The notes below the pieces were generated by a model. It worked only from the letters and a program-made list of their open reading frames with translations. It was not told the origin of the DNA and made no database searches. Positions 20,301 to 28,625 of a DNA stretch of 64,000 bases are shown here, one piece after another (the stretch's first letter is position 1; every line of letters begins with the position of its first letter). Position numbers and translations under genes: made by a program. This DNA is from an uncultured candidate division Zixibacteria bacterium (GTDB taxonomy: Bacteria > Zixibacteria > MSB-5A5 > GN15 > PGXB01): NCBI GenBank assembly GCA_963702205.1, contig OY969724.1:1728001-1792000 (forward strand), read 5' to 3'.

Positions 20301-22516
20301 TTGAAATTAATCTGCCGCCCGAGGCGTATCATGCCGAATTCCGTCTCATGATGTCTAACTCGGCTTCGTCCGGGTCCATGGATGACTGGTTCGTGGATGA
20401 TATTTATGTCGGTTACCCGCCCGACTATGAACTTGTGGTCTCGCCGTACAGCCAGTCACAGTACGGTGCTTCAGGCAATCAAATCGCCTATCAGCTTTCG
20501 ATAATGAACCGGGGCCGACTGGATGATGCCTATGACCTCAGCGTCAGCGGCAATGATTGGGAGGTCGTCTTTTATGACGAGAGCGGCACGAACGAGATTT
20601 CTTCAACCGGCCTGATCCCGACGGGGGAATCCGTCCCGGTGATAGTGAAAGTCGATATTCCCTCAGCGTCGCTTATGCACGATAACGACAATGCCATTCT
20701 GGCGGTGACATCGCAGAACGATCCGCTGGTCAGCTATGAAGTCAGCGTCGAGACGGTGTCGGCCGGTCCGGCGGGAGCTTTCCCGTGGTCCGATCTGTTC
20801 GACGATCCCGCGCTGGGAGCGCCGCACTGGATGGCCAACTGCGGAGCGGTTGTATCGACCAACTCCGTCAACCCGCCCAGTGGTCCGTACGCTTTGAATC
20901 TCGACGGCGGCTGCGATACTCTGGTTTCACAAATAATCGATCTTTCGTCGGCCTATGGCGCAACCATTGCCTATTATTATCAGTGCGGTGGTGGAGGGGG
21001 GACTCCCGGCGTAGGCGACAATTTGATCATACAATACAAGAATTCCTTCGGCGTTTGGGTGAATCTGAATACCCACGAAGGCGGACAGGGCGACATGAAC
21101 ACATTCGAACGGATTTCGCTCGCTCTGCCGATGGATGCCGCGCATGCCAATTTCCAGATGCGCCTGATTTCCAACGGGTCGGGTGAGGGGCTGGACGACT
21201 GGTTCGTGGACAATATTCGTTTCGATTTTTCCCCCGATATGTCGGTCACTCCTACGGGGATGACTCTTCAACTTTTGGTTGACGAAACCGTTGATGATGA
21301 TATGATTATCACCAATGCCGGTCCCGGAACCCTGGAATACTGGATCAAGAACATGCCGGTTTTCAATCGCGGTTTTAATTATGATGCGCTCGAAGCGCTG
21401 GGAGACGTCGAACCGGCTCGTCGTGAGTACAGCGAAGAATTCCTGGCCTACGATGATATCAAGGGTACCGATGATCCGCGAGTGGGTTACCCGGTCACGC
21501 GCAATGCCGGTGGTCCCGACCTGTTCGGCTATTATTGGATCGATTCCGATGAACCGACCGGACCTACGTTTGACTGGGTCGATATATCCTCGACCGGCAC
21601 CAATATTACGGCCGGATTGAAAGACGACAGCTATATTGGGCCCCTCGATTTAGGTTTCGATTTTCCGTACTATGGATTGACCTATAGTCAAATCTATGTG
21701 GCCTCCAACGGAATGATCGGCTTCGATTCAACCGGGTTGAAATCGCGCTACAAAAAACCGATCCCGACCGATTCCCTGCCGAACAATATGATCTGCTGGC
21801 TCTGGGATGATCTCAATCCGACCGACCCGGATGTCCCCGAAGCTCGTGTCTATATGGATACGACCGGCGGGCAGTGCGTCATTATGTTCCATAATTATCC
21901 GGAGTACGGCGCATCGGCCGGTGACATCATAACCGCCGAGGTTATTCTAATGACCGATGGATCTATTAAGATCCAGTATCTTGACTTCGCCAGCGGCTTC
22001 GATATCGGTTCCGCGACAATCGGAATCGAGAACACCGACGGTACCGACGGGCTGGAAGTGGCGTATCTGACCGAGTATGTTCACGCCAATCTCGCTGTGC
22101 AGTTTTATTGTCCATCGCAATGGCTGACGATGGATATCACCGACGGCATAATCCCGCCCGGTGAAGCAGATACTGTTTTATGTCATGTTTCTTCCGAAGG
22201 ACTCGATACGGGAGTTTATGTGACTAATGTCTGCATCACAAGCAACGATCCGTCGCCGGATAAAGCGAACATGATTATCCCGGCGCAACTTACCGTAAGT
22301 GAAATCCCGCCGTGGATTTGCGGCGACGCCGATGATTCCGGAGAAATTAATTTACTCGATATCCTGGCAATGATCGACCACGTTTACAATGACGGACCGG
22401 AGCCATCCAATATGGAAGCTTCCGACGTCGATAATTCGGGAACCCTGAACCTTATTGATATACTTACCGTTATCGACTTCGTTTATAATGATGGACCGGA
22501 ACCTTCTTGCCAGTGA
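17351..22516 (+). CDS. Gingipain-like C25 cysteine peptidase, multidomain, C-terminal dockerin-like domain
   Basis: Propeptide, WKRQKG, LFIGRFSAE, NYIGHGS (His), SVACVNG (Cys), IFGDPSL; duplicated Ig plus DDWFVD modules; dockerin tail. Confidence 0.93.
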   Translation: MLKKLLMVFLGVMLIAVSVSAETVDLGNTADPVRVKVLESNIDRTVIRVDLGSFDRNLVDIDGQPFFLITNGDEGVLREKGNPAVPRICRSIIIPDDAAMKVNIVDAEYVDFDNTPVAPSKGSILRTIDPRLVKYEFSDVYSQNEFFPGNLANLRDPFIQRDYRGTVVEVYPFQYNPVSQILRVYKTVTIEVINDGPGQINVLTPDKKKSVRVADFETSYKRRFLNYDFQSKLYPDVDEIGDMLIITYASFHSTINSLADWKRQKGIKTTVVDVSSIGNNSTSIGNFIHNFYDSTNLAWVLLIGDAAQVATGNFDGGGADPMYALVAGSDSYPDLFIGRFSAENTAQVQTQVDRTIVYERDYTAGGWYTHGTGIASDQGPGHFNEYDYQHMNNIRTDLLGYNYTQVDQIYDPSASASAVASALNSGRSTVNYIGHGSTTAWSTTGFSNTNVNSLTNNGMLPFIHSVACVNGNFTSSTCFGEAWLRATNGGAPSGAVGAYMSSINQYWDEPMDGQDEYIDLLCAEAKTSFGGLCFNGSSRMIEINGTSGADMYNTWHIFGDPSLQIRTLDPQQITVNHPGTVFFVATEYTVDVGVEGALCALYADGVVYGSAYSDAGGIAVIPIEQELPIASDILLTVTGYNIETVVDTVTTTSDLAIIHRDPLPDTKDTLDDFRVDCEIYTSSPLNANDLLLKYETNSTWNSVVLSEGLMQGEYYGMIPSQPAGTDVSYYLYASNTGGFVDSTDIFSFKVIDYGLLFGPAFSTLSAPVDDTVWYDLSVTNDGVLADIYDLIVSGNNWETSIFDETGMFEVSSSTELNGDDVFDFKVRVVIPQSWEDDYDSTTVTAMSEGNHSYFATAAIKTVSAGQPLPIPFSDDFPSSAFDVHKWESTDGVETSQLGLNIPTPPYCLNFDGSPSGGDELVSEKINLRNESGCIVRFKYERTGSGDSPEAGDDLVTEYLDATGTWHEISRLGGDGPDMTEFEEVEINLPPEAYHAEFRLMMSNSASSGSMDDWFVDDIYVGYPPDYELVVSPYSQSQYGASGNQIAYQLSIMNRGRLDDAYDLSVSGNDWEVVFYDESGTNEISSTGLIPTGESVPVIVKVDIPSASLMHDNDNAILAVTSQNDPLVSYEVSVETVSAGPAGAFPWSDLFDDPALGAPHWMANCGAVVSTNSVNPPSGPYALNLDGGCDTLVSQIIDLSSAYGATIAYYYQCGGGGGTPGVGDNLIIQYKNSFGVWVNLNTHEGGQGDMNTFERISLALPMDAAHANFQMRLISNGSGEGLDDWFVDNIRFDFSPDMSVTPTGMTLQLLVDETVDDDMIITNAGPGTLEYWIKNMPVFNRGFNYDALEALGDVEPARREYSEEFLAYDDIKGTDDPRVGYPVTRNAGGPDLFGYYWIDSDEPTGPTFDWVDISSTGTNITAGLKDDSYIGPLDLGFDFPYYGLTYSQIYVASNGMIGFDSTGLKSRYKKPIPTDSLPNNMICWLWDDLNPTDPDVPEARVYMDTTGGQCVIMFHNYPEYGASAGDIITAEVILMTDGSIKIQYLDFASGFDIGSATIGIENTDGTDGLEVAYLTEYVHANLAVQFYCPSQWLTMDITDGIIPPGEADTVLCHVSSEGLDTGVYVTNVCITSNDPSPDKANMIIPAQLTVSEIPPWICGDADDSGEINLLDILAMIDHVYNDGPEPSNMEASDVDNSGTLNLIDILTVIDFVYNDGPEPSCQ

Positions 22517-22537
22517 CAGAGTTTATACTTTGAGTTC

Positions 22538-22567
22538 AAGACAGCCTTTCGGGGCTGTCTTTTTTTT
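22538..22567 (+). terminator. Intrinsic terminator
   Basis: AAGACAGCC-TTTCGG-GGCTGTCTT followed by a T run. Confidence 0.85.
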
Positions 22568-22570
22568 GTG

Positions 22571-22619
22571 CAACCTTAAAAAGTAAAGGTTGACAGCAAA
22601 AAGGTTGACAGATTATACT
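22571..22619 (+). promoter_or_regulatory. T6SS operon promoter with repeated operator-like motif
   Basis: TTGACA (22590)-N18-TATACT (22614); AAAGGTTGACAG twice (22585, 22600); inverted CAACCTT (22571). Confidence 0.55.
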
Positions 22620-22668
22620 TATTCCAGCGTAATAACTTAACATCTTCACTTGTTTTTCGAGGATTAAA

Positions 22669-23838
22669 ATGGGAAATCCTGCGGCCCGTATGGGTGATAT
22701 GGCCAAAACCTGCAATGACCCGACCGATATGCCGGTCGGGACGGTTCTAGGTACCGGTATGATGGTTTTGATCAACAATATGCCTGCGGCGAGAAAGAAC
22801 GATCAGATAGTCGGTGTCGATATCCATATAGTTATGGTTCCATCGCCGGGCGGACCTGTCCCCACACCGCTGCCGCATCCGTTTATGGGCATAATCGACA
22901 ATAATGTGTCGTCATCGGTAAAGATCATGGGTCAACCGGCGGCCTACAAGGGCAGTACCGCCACGAATACACCCTCGCACATTCCCATGCCTCCGGGAAC
23001 GGCTTTCCAAAAACCTCCCTCGAACAAGGGTGAAATTATGATGGGCAGTCCCAACGTGATGATCGGCAACGGCGGCGGCGGCAGCGGCGGAGGCAGTGGC
23101 GGCGGCAGTACAGCCAGGGCCACGGTCAAAAAGATCGAAGAAACCGAAAGCCACAAGCTGGATATAAAGTTCGTCGATAAAGGCGGCAAGCCGATCGGCG
23201 GGGCCAAGTATGAGATAAAGGACCCCGATGGAAAGAAAAGCGAAGGCATCTTAACCGGCCAGATTAAGAAAGGCGGCGTCAAGGAAGGCACTCATGAAGT
23301 AAAACTCAAGGCCATAACCGAAGTGGCTTGGTCGACCAAAAAAGCCAGGGTCGGCGATGAGGTCAAAATGAAAGCCAAATTCGCCGGGGTCGAATCGGGT
23401 GTCAAAGCGGAGTTTCATATTTTCAGGAAAGACATCGGGTCGGCCGACGACGCCTATGACATGATCGAAGCCGATATATCCGGTGATAAAGCGGAAGCTC
23501 AATGGGTATTCGAATATCGGGAGGATGATGGTGATCCCGGTGTCGGGACGGAAAAGTCCACCAGGTATTCCAACCCGAGGTTTTATTTTGTAGTGAAAGC
23601 CGACGGTATGCAGGCTCGGTCTGATTTCCTTAAATTGACTGATGATCTGGAGATCGAACTGACTGACGAAAACGGTGACCCGATAAAGGACGAAGAGTTT
23701 CAGGTCCGCCTGGCCGATGGCCAGGTTAAAAAGGGGAAAACCGATAAAGACGGCAAGGCCACTATTAAAGACATCCCGGTACAAAAAAGTCAGGTCGATT
23801 TTCCGAATCAGTCAGAAGCCAAGAAATTACCCGAATAA
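22669..23838 (+). CDS. PAAR-domain spike tip protein with long C-terminal extension
   Basis: PAARMGD, PAARKND, PAAYKGS; Gly/Ser linker; transthyretin-like LTDENGDPI...GKTDKDG modules. Confidence 0.9.
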   Translation: MGNPAARMGDMAKTCNDPTDMPVGTVLGTGMMVLINNMPAARKNDQIVGVDIHIVMVPSPGGPVPTPLPHPFMGIIDNNVSSSVKIMGQPAAYKGSTATNTPSHIPMPPGTAFQKPPSNKGEIMMGSPNVMIGNGGGGSGGGSGGGSTARATVKKIEETESHKLDIKFVDKGGKPIGGAKYEIKDPDGKKSEGILTGQIKKGGVKEGTHEVKLKAITEVAWSTKKARVGDEVKMKAKFAGVESGVKAEFHIFRKDIGSADDAYDMIEADISGDKAEAQWVFEYREDDGDPGVGTEKSTRYSNPRFYFVVKADGMQARSDFLKLTDDLEIELTDENGDPIKDEEFQVRLADGQVKKGKTDKDGKATIKDIPVQKSQVDFPNQSEAKKLPE

Positions 23839-23841
23839 TCT

Positions 23842-25467
23842 ATGGCACAAAAAGCAAAAGCTACAACTTCAAGTGTAATATTCTGTTTTCAAACCTGTCC
23901 CGGGGTTGACTCCATGAATATTATCAAGGCCGGTCCGGCAAAAATAAAGGGTCAGGTGAAACCGGTCAAGCCGAGCGGCAAAGGTTATTACGGCATCAAA
24001 ATGACGCCGGGCGATACGGTCGATTTCAATTTGTTCGATACCGATTATAAAATCCGCTGCGAATCCAATGTTGTGCTCGAAGTCAATAGGCCCGATGAGT
24101 TCCCGATAACCTCGTGGCAGAAGCTCGGGCCGGAAAATAAACTTCCCGGCACACAGAGACGACTGCAAATACTCGGCTATTATCCCTCCCGGGTGGACAA
24201 TAAAAACGGCAAAATCACAGAGCACGCCGCCCTGGGTTTTCAGGCGGATAACAAGCTGCGCACCGACGGTGAAGTCGGCCCAAAGACACGCGACAAACTC
24301 AAAAAAGTCATTAAGAAGAAAAACAAATCAAAAAAGACCCTTATAGTGCGTCGAACATTGGTGCGTTTTCTTCGGTCGCCCGACAAGGACGACCCGGAAG
24401 TGTGGTCAGGCAATCCCGATGGCTCCGGACCCGACCTCGACGACCGCGGTTTCATTAAAGTCAAATCATTCGGTTTCAAACTGCCCGGGCCGGTCCTGAC
24501 AATCAAACGCAATTCTGCCTGCCGAATTAAAGTCCTTCGCGAGTTTATATCCAACGATGCTCTTCTGGAAGCGGTTAGCAGCGATGAAGACGTCGTCAAG
24601 GTGAAAAACACGGTCCTGCCCAAGCAGAAGCATATTAATCTGGAGCTCCAGGCTCAGGCCATGACTGACGGTAAAGCCAAAACGGCGGCTATTTCGATTA
24701 TGTATAAAAAAGACAAAGACTCGGTCGAAATCGGAAAGCTTCAGGTTATTGTTATGCCCAATATAACGCGTCTGGTGCGACCGGTTTGGATCACGATCAA
24801 TGGAACGGCGCCCGGTGCGGTCGGCGACAAAGCCGGGTTCCGTCAGGCGTTCAGGGTAGTTAACACCGTATGGAAGCCCTATGGGGTCTATTTCCATTTT
24901 CTCGGATGGCGGGAAAAGGCAGTCACCGGCTTTGCCACGGCGGGCAAGGTGTCCAGCGTCGGCGGCGGTTTGAAAACAGAATTTAATAAAATGTCCAATG
25001 CCAAAGATACATCCAATCGCAATACGGAGCAAAATAAGATTAATTTATATATCGTAAATGATATGAGCGGTGCGTACGGTATTACTTACGATGCCATAGA
25101 CTTCAGCTGGCCCAATGGAATCGCCCTGAAAAAGAACGACAACTGGACTAAAACGGGTATCGACCTCGCCCATGAGCTGGGGCATTTCATTGGATTGGCC
25201 GATTGTGTTACGGCCAATAAATGTGTCCACGCCGAAGATGATCCGGATGACAATCACAAAAAGAAAGACATCTGGTCGCTGCGGCGTTTGATGTACGGCG
25301 GCTGGCCGGCATCCGACCGGACGGAAGGCTTTGCTCACAACGTCGGTTACGGCCACGGGCAGTATGGCTGCGTGGTCAGCGTGCGCAATTTGCCTCAGGA
25401 CAAACCGGACAATGAATTACAAAACGGCCGCAAGCATATGCTGTCGAATAAATTTTATAAAAAATAG
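23842..25467 (+). CDS. Putative T6SS effector: peptidoglycan-binding domain plus zincin metallopeptidase
   Basis: LQILGYY...FQADNKLRTDGEVGPKTRDKL (PG_binding_1); LAHELGHFIGL HExxH with a downstream RLM Met-turn; no signal peptide. Confidence 0.75.
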   Translation: MAQKAKATTSSVIFCFQTCPGVDSMNIIKAGPAKIKGQVKPVKPSGKGYYGIKMTPGDTVDFNLFDTDYKIRCESNVVLEVNRPDEFPITSWQKLGPENKLPGTQRRLQILGYYPSRVDNKNGKITEHAALGFQADNKLRTDGEVGPKTRDKLKKVIKKKNKSKKTLIVRRTLVRFLRSPDKDDPEVWSGNPDGSGPDLDDRGFIKVKSFGFKLPGPVLTIKRNSACRIKVLREFISNDALLEAVSSDEDVVKVKNTVLPKQKHINLELQAQAMTDGKAKTAAISIMYKKDKDSVEIGKLQVIVMPNITRLVRPVWITINGTAPGAVGDKAGFRQAFRVVNTVWKPYGVYFHFLGWREKAVTGFATAGKVSSVGGGLKTEFNKMSNAKDTSNRNTEQNKINLYIVNDMSGAYGITYDAIDFSWPNGIALKKNDNWTKTGIDLAHELGHFIGLADCVTANKCVHAEDDPDDNHKKKDIWSLRRLMYGGWPASDRTEGFAHNVGYGHGQYGCVVSVRNLPQDKPDNELQNGRKHMLSNKFYKK

Positions 25468-25473
25468 CGGGCC

Positions 25474-26349
25474 ATGGGGAATATATTATATGCACTCCTG
25501 CTGTTGCTTTTTGTCTCCGGATGCGCCGCTCCGGAAAAAGAAAAGGACGTAAATATGGAAGCATCCGCAAAACTGGATGACCTGAAAAATATGGTTCTCG
25601 AAGATAACTGGGATGCCGCCGACCTGGCCGAGGAACTTGGCGCCGAAGCGGTCCCTACTCTCAAGGCCCTGATGCAAAATAAAAATCCCGAAACCCGCAG
25701 TCTGGCGCTCAGCTGCCTCGATCTGACCGGTGATGAAGCGGCTCTCCCCATAATCGTGGAATCTCTGAAAGACCCCGACGACAACGTCCGCTCGACGGCG
25801 ATGCAGACGCTTGAAGCCAGGTACGATACCACCGTGCAAAAGCAGATGATCGAAAACCTGGATAATTCCGATCCGGCCATACGCGGCGGGGTGGCACTTC
25901 TGCTGGGTAATCTGGGCGGAGAAAAAACATCGAAGCCATTGTATGACAGGCTGGAAAAGGAAACCGATGTCGAGGCCAACCGGGATATCAAGCTGAGTCT
26001 TGCCAAGCTCGGCGACGACAAGTACAAGGAAGAATTCGCGGCCAACCTTGACGTTCCCGATTCGAAGATAAGATATAAAGCCATTGAAGATTTAAGATAT
26101 ATCGACGATAAAAACCTGGCGAAATATCTTCTGCCCGCGCTTTCGGATACCGGAGAAGTTTTTAACCTGGGCGATAAAGACCGACCGGTATACGGCCGGG
26201 TATGTGATGCCGCAATAATGCTGCTGGGAGAATGGTTCGAAAAGCCAGTTTCATATGAAATCGTCGATTACAGAAGATATACCGACGAGGAAATCGAAGA
26301 AGCTGCAAAATTCCTAAACGGGCTGGGAGGACCGAAGGATGAAGAGTAA
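25474..26349 (+). CDS. HEAT-repeat lipoprotein, candidate immunity protein
   Basis: LFVSGC lipobox; repeated LKDPDDNVRSTA / LDNSDPAIRGGVALLLG units; directly after the effector. Confidence 0.8.
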   Translation: MGNILYALLLLLFVSGCAAPEKEKDVNMEASAKLDDLKNMVLEDNWDAADLAEELGAEAVPTLKALMQNKNPETRSLALSCLDLTGDEAALPIIVESLKDPDDNVRSTAMQTLEARYDTTVQKQMIENLDNSDPAIRGGVALLLGNLGGEKTSKPLYDRLEKETDVEANRDIKLSLAKLGDDKYKEEFAANLDVPDSKIRYKAIEDLRYIDDKNLAKYLLPALSDTGEVFNLGDKDRPVYGRVCDAAIMLLGEWFEKPVSYEIVDYRRYTDEEIEEAAKFLNGLGGPKDEE

Positions 26350-26779
26350 TCGTTTTTTATTCGACCTGCCTCGGGGCTGGGAGGACCAGACGGTTTACAT
26401 TTTCGAGGGCCCGAAGGAAGGTAATAACGAGCATCGGCTGGTGATGTATCTCGATCGCCAGCTTCAGGATGCCGATCTGATAAGTTTCGCCCGTTCCAAA
26501 ATATCGCCGATAGTGGATAACCTGTCGGGCGTGGAAACGTTGAAGGACGAAGAAGTGACGCTTGAGGGCTGCAATCCATGCTACGAATTCGTCTACAAAT
26601 GGATAATGGCGGAAAACCTGGCCTATTTTCATAAGTACATCTTCGTAATAAAGGACGGCATCGGTTTCACATTTTCCTGTCGTTTTACCAAGGCGACATA
26701 TAAACTCCTCGGGCACCAGATGAACGACGTCGTGGAAGCGCTGGTGCCGGGGACTTACGAAGTGGTCGAAGAAGATTAG
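26339..26779 (+). CDS. DUF1795/DcrB-like (Eag-type) T6SS adaptor
   Basis: FDLPRGWEDQTVYIF N-terminus and PsbP-like size and pattern; T6SS context. Confidence 0.7.
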   Translation: MKSNRFLFDLPRGWEDQTVYIFEGPKEGNNEHRLVMYLDRQLQDADLISFARSKISPIVDNLSGVETLKDEEVTLEGCNPCYEFVYKWIMAENLAYFHKYIFVIKDGIGFTFSCRFTKATYKLLGHQMNDVVEALVPGTYEVVEED

Positions 26780-27756
26780 TGGCGGACCTTAAGTACGACA
26801 AAGGAACCGACGAGGAACACGAAGTTAAACTGGAATCCTCGCTGGTCTCCGCCGGGTGGGACAATACCGGAGCCTTCGCGGGCGGCACGGCCGGGTATTA
26901 TATTAAGACGGCCTTTGTCGGCGAAGGCGCGCCGATAAAAGTCACCGGCAAAAGCACTAAAGGCAAAAAGCTGGGGAAAATCAAAAGCGAGGTGCGGGGC
27001 AATTCCTTTGTCGGGAAATTCGAGATTCCCGATGATATCGAACTCGGCGATGAAATCTGCTTTGAATTCAAACTTTCAAAAAACGGCATAGACGGCGAGT
27101 CAGAAACTATCCCGGTTTTTCCTGCGCCGATTCTTAAAAAAATGAAATGGTCGCAGGAAGAAGCTCGTCGGGGCGAAGTCCTGACCCTTACGGCTGAATT
27201 CGACAAAATCGACGATAACACCGATGCCATGTTGACGATTTACGAGTACGATGAAGACAAAGCCCACGATAAAATCACCGAGATGGATGTTAAAATCGAG
27301 GGAAAGAAGATCGAAATCGAATGGGAATACGAATACCATGAGGACACCGACGAAATACCAAATGACGAAGAGAAAAAAAAGTATGGAGGCAGTTACAATC
27401 CACCGGAATATTTTTTCACGGTAAAAATAGGCGATTTCGAACTTGGCAAAAAACAGGAATCGGGGCTTTTAAAATTCAAGGATTGGGTGGAACTTGTGCT
27501 CAATGACAATCTCGGGCGCCCGGTGCCGGACGAGGATTATGTCCTGACACTGCCCGATGGCACGGAGAAAAAGGGTAAGCTGGACAAGAACGGCTTGGCG
27601 GTCGAGCAGGGTATCCCGCCTGGCAAAATAAAGGTCGAGTTTCCAAATAGACAAGGGCTGCCGACCGCTGAAGAAGATGATAATTCAGAATCCGGGAACG
27701 TAGATGAAGGCGAAGACGAGGATATACCTGATTCTAATTCCGGAACCGATACATAA
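26779..27756 (+). CDS. Acidic protein paralogous to the PAAR C-terminal extension (no PAAR domain)
   Basis: GTG start; WSQEEARRGE...WEYEY...YFFTVK...LNDNLGRPVPDEDYVLTLPDGTEKKGKLDKNG aligns by eye with the PAAR protein C-terminus. Confidence 0.8.
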   Translation: MADLKYDKGTDEEHEVKLESSLVSAGWDNTGAFAGGTAGYYIKTAFVGEGAPIKVTGKSTKGKKLGKIKSEVRGNSFVGKFEIPDDIELGDEICFEFKLSKNGIDGESETIPVFPAPILKKMKWSQEEARRGEVLTLTAEFDKIDDNTDAMLTIYEYDEDKAHDKITEMDVKIEGKKIEIEWEYEYHEDTDEIPNDEEKKKYGGSYNPPEYFFTVKIGDFELGKKQESGLLKFKDWVELVLNDNLGRPVPDEDYVLTLPDGTEKKGKLDKNGLAVEQGIPPGKIKVEFPNRQGLPTAEEDDNSESGNVDEGEDEDIPDSNSGTDT

Positions 27757-27790
27757 TAAACGCAGCGCCATTTAATCTGTGAGGACAGGT

Positions 27791-27922
27791 ATGAGTGAAA
27801 AATCGGGAAAGAAGTCTACCGACAATGCCAAAAAAGACAAATCCAGGAAGATTATCTCTGTGAAATCGGGCCAAAGAGCAATAATCAAAGTGGTATTAAA
27901 AGAATTTGTTCCATCAATTTAG
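27791..27922 (+). CDS. Small basic 43-aa ORF
   Basis: GAGGA RBS; MSEKSGKKSTDNAKKDKSRKIISVKSGQRAIIKVVLKEFVPSI*; fills the operon gap. Confidence 0.5.
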   Translation: MSEKSGKKSTDNAKKDKSRKIISVKSGQRAIIKVVLKEFVPSI

Positions 27923-27939
27923 GAACTGCAGAGGATTGT

Positions 27940-28620
27940 ATGATAAGGGCGCAAAATAAATTCCGACATACGAATGCTTTAAGTATTTGGTTTCTCATAA
28001 TTTCTGTCTTCGGATTTCTTATTGGTCCTGATATTATAGCCGGCGGTCCGGCCGATATAGATTCTTGCGATTCGGGGGTGACTTGGGTGAGGTCCCCTTG
28101 TGGAGCCGACGGTTATTATGTCGTTTATGACCACGTTTTTCCATGGCGGCAGTCTATCAAAGAATATTATGACACATCGGCAACACGGCCGTTGGAATTT
28201 GGACAATATTGCGCCTACGGGGCCGGTATCGATATATATCGACCGTATGAAGGCGCATGGAAACCGGAAGCGGTTTACTTCGGAGTTTCACTATTTACGG
28301 CGGATTCGGCTGCCGCGGCCCAACTCGCCGACAGCCTGCCCGGCGGCGAGCTGGACACCGATATTGATGAATACGAAGATTCGCTTTGGAAGTACGAACC
28401 CAATCAGCATTTTTATAAAAACGAAATAGATTCTCTCGTTGTTCACATACGCGATTGGGGGATTAAGCTGGATCATTATGAAGTGTTCGACGACAATGCC
28501 TTGATTTTTTTTGGGAGCTGCCTGTCCAACAATGAGGCTGATATGATTAAACGGCGCCTGGATTCGCTCGATATTCCAACAAGAGTGGTAAAATATGAGT
28601 ACATTGAACCGGATATCTAA
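27940..28620 (+). CDS. Exported hypothetical protein, candidate immunity protein
   Basis: N-terminal hydrophobic segment, acidic body; 5 nt upstream of the muralytic effector. Confidence 0.65.
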   Translation: MIRAQNKFRHTNALSIWFLIISVFGFLIGPDIIAGGPADIDSCDSGVTWVRSPCGADGYYVVYDHVFPWRQSIKEYYDTSATRPLEFGQYCAYGAGIDIYRPYEGAWKPEAVYFGVSLFTADSAAAAQLADSLPGGELDTDIDEYEDSLWKYEPNQHFYKNEIDSLVVHIRDWGIKLDHYEVFDDNALIFFGSCLSNNEADMIKRRLDSLDIPTRVVKYEYIEPDI

Positions 28621-28625
28621 TCGCC

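Noticed and set aside
23068..23109. GGC-rich low-complexity tract
   Set aside because: Encodes the Gly/Ser linker of the PAAR protein
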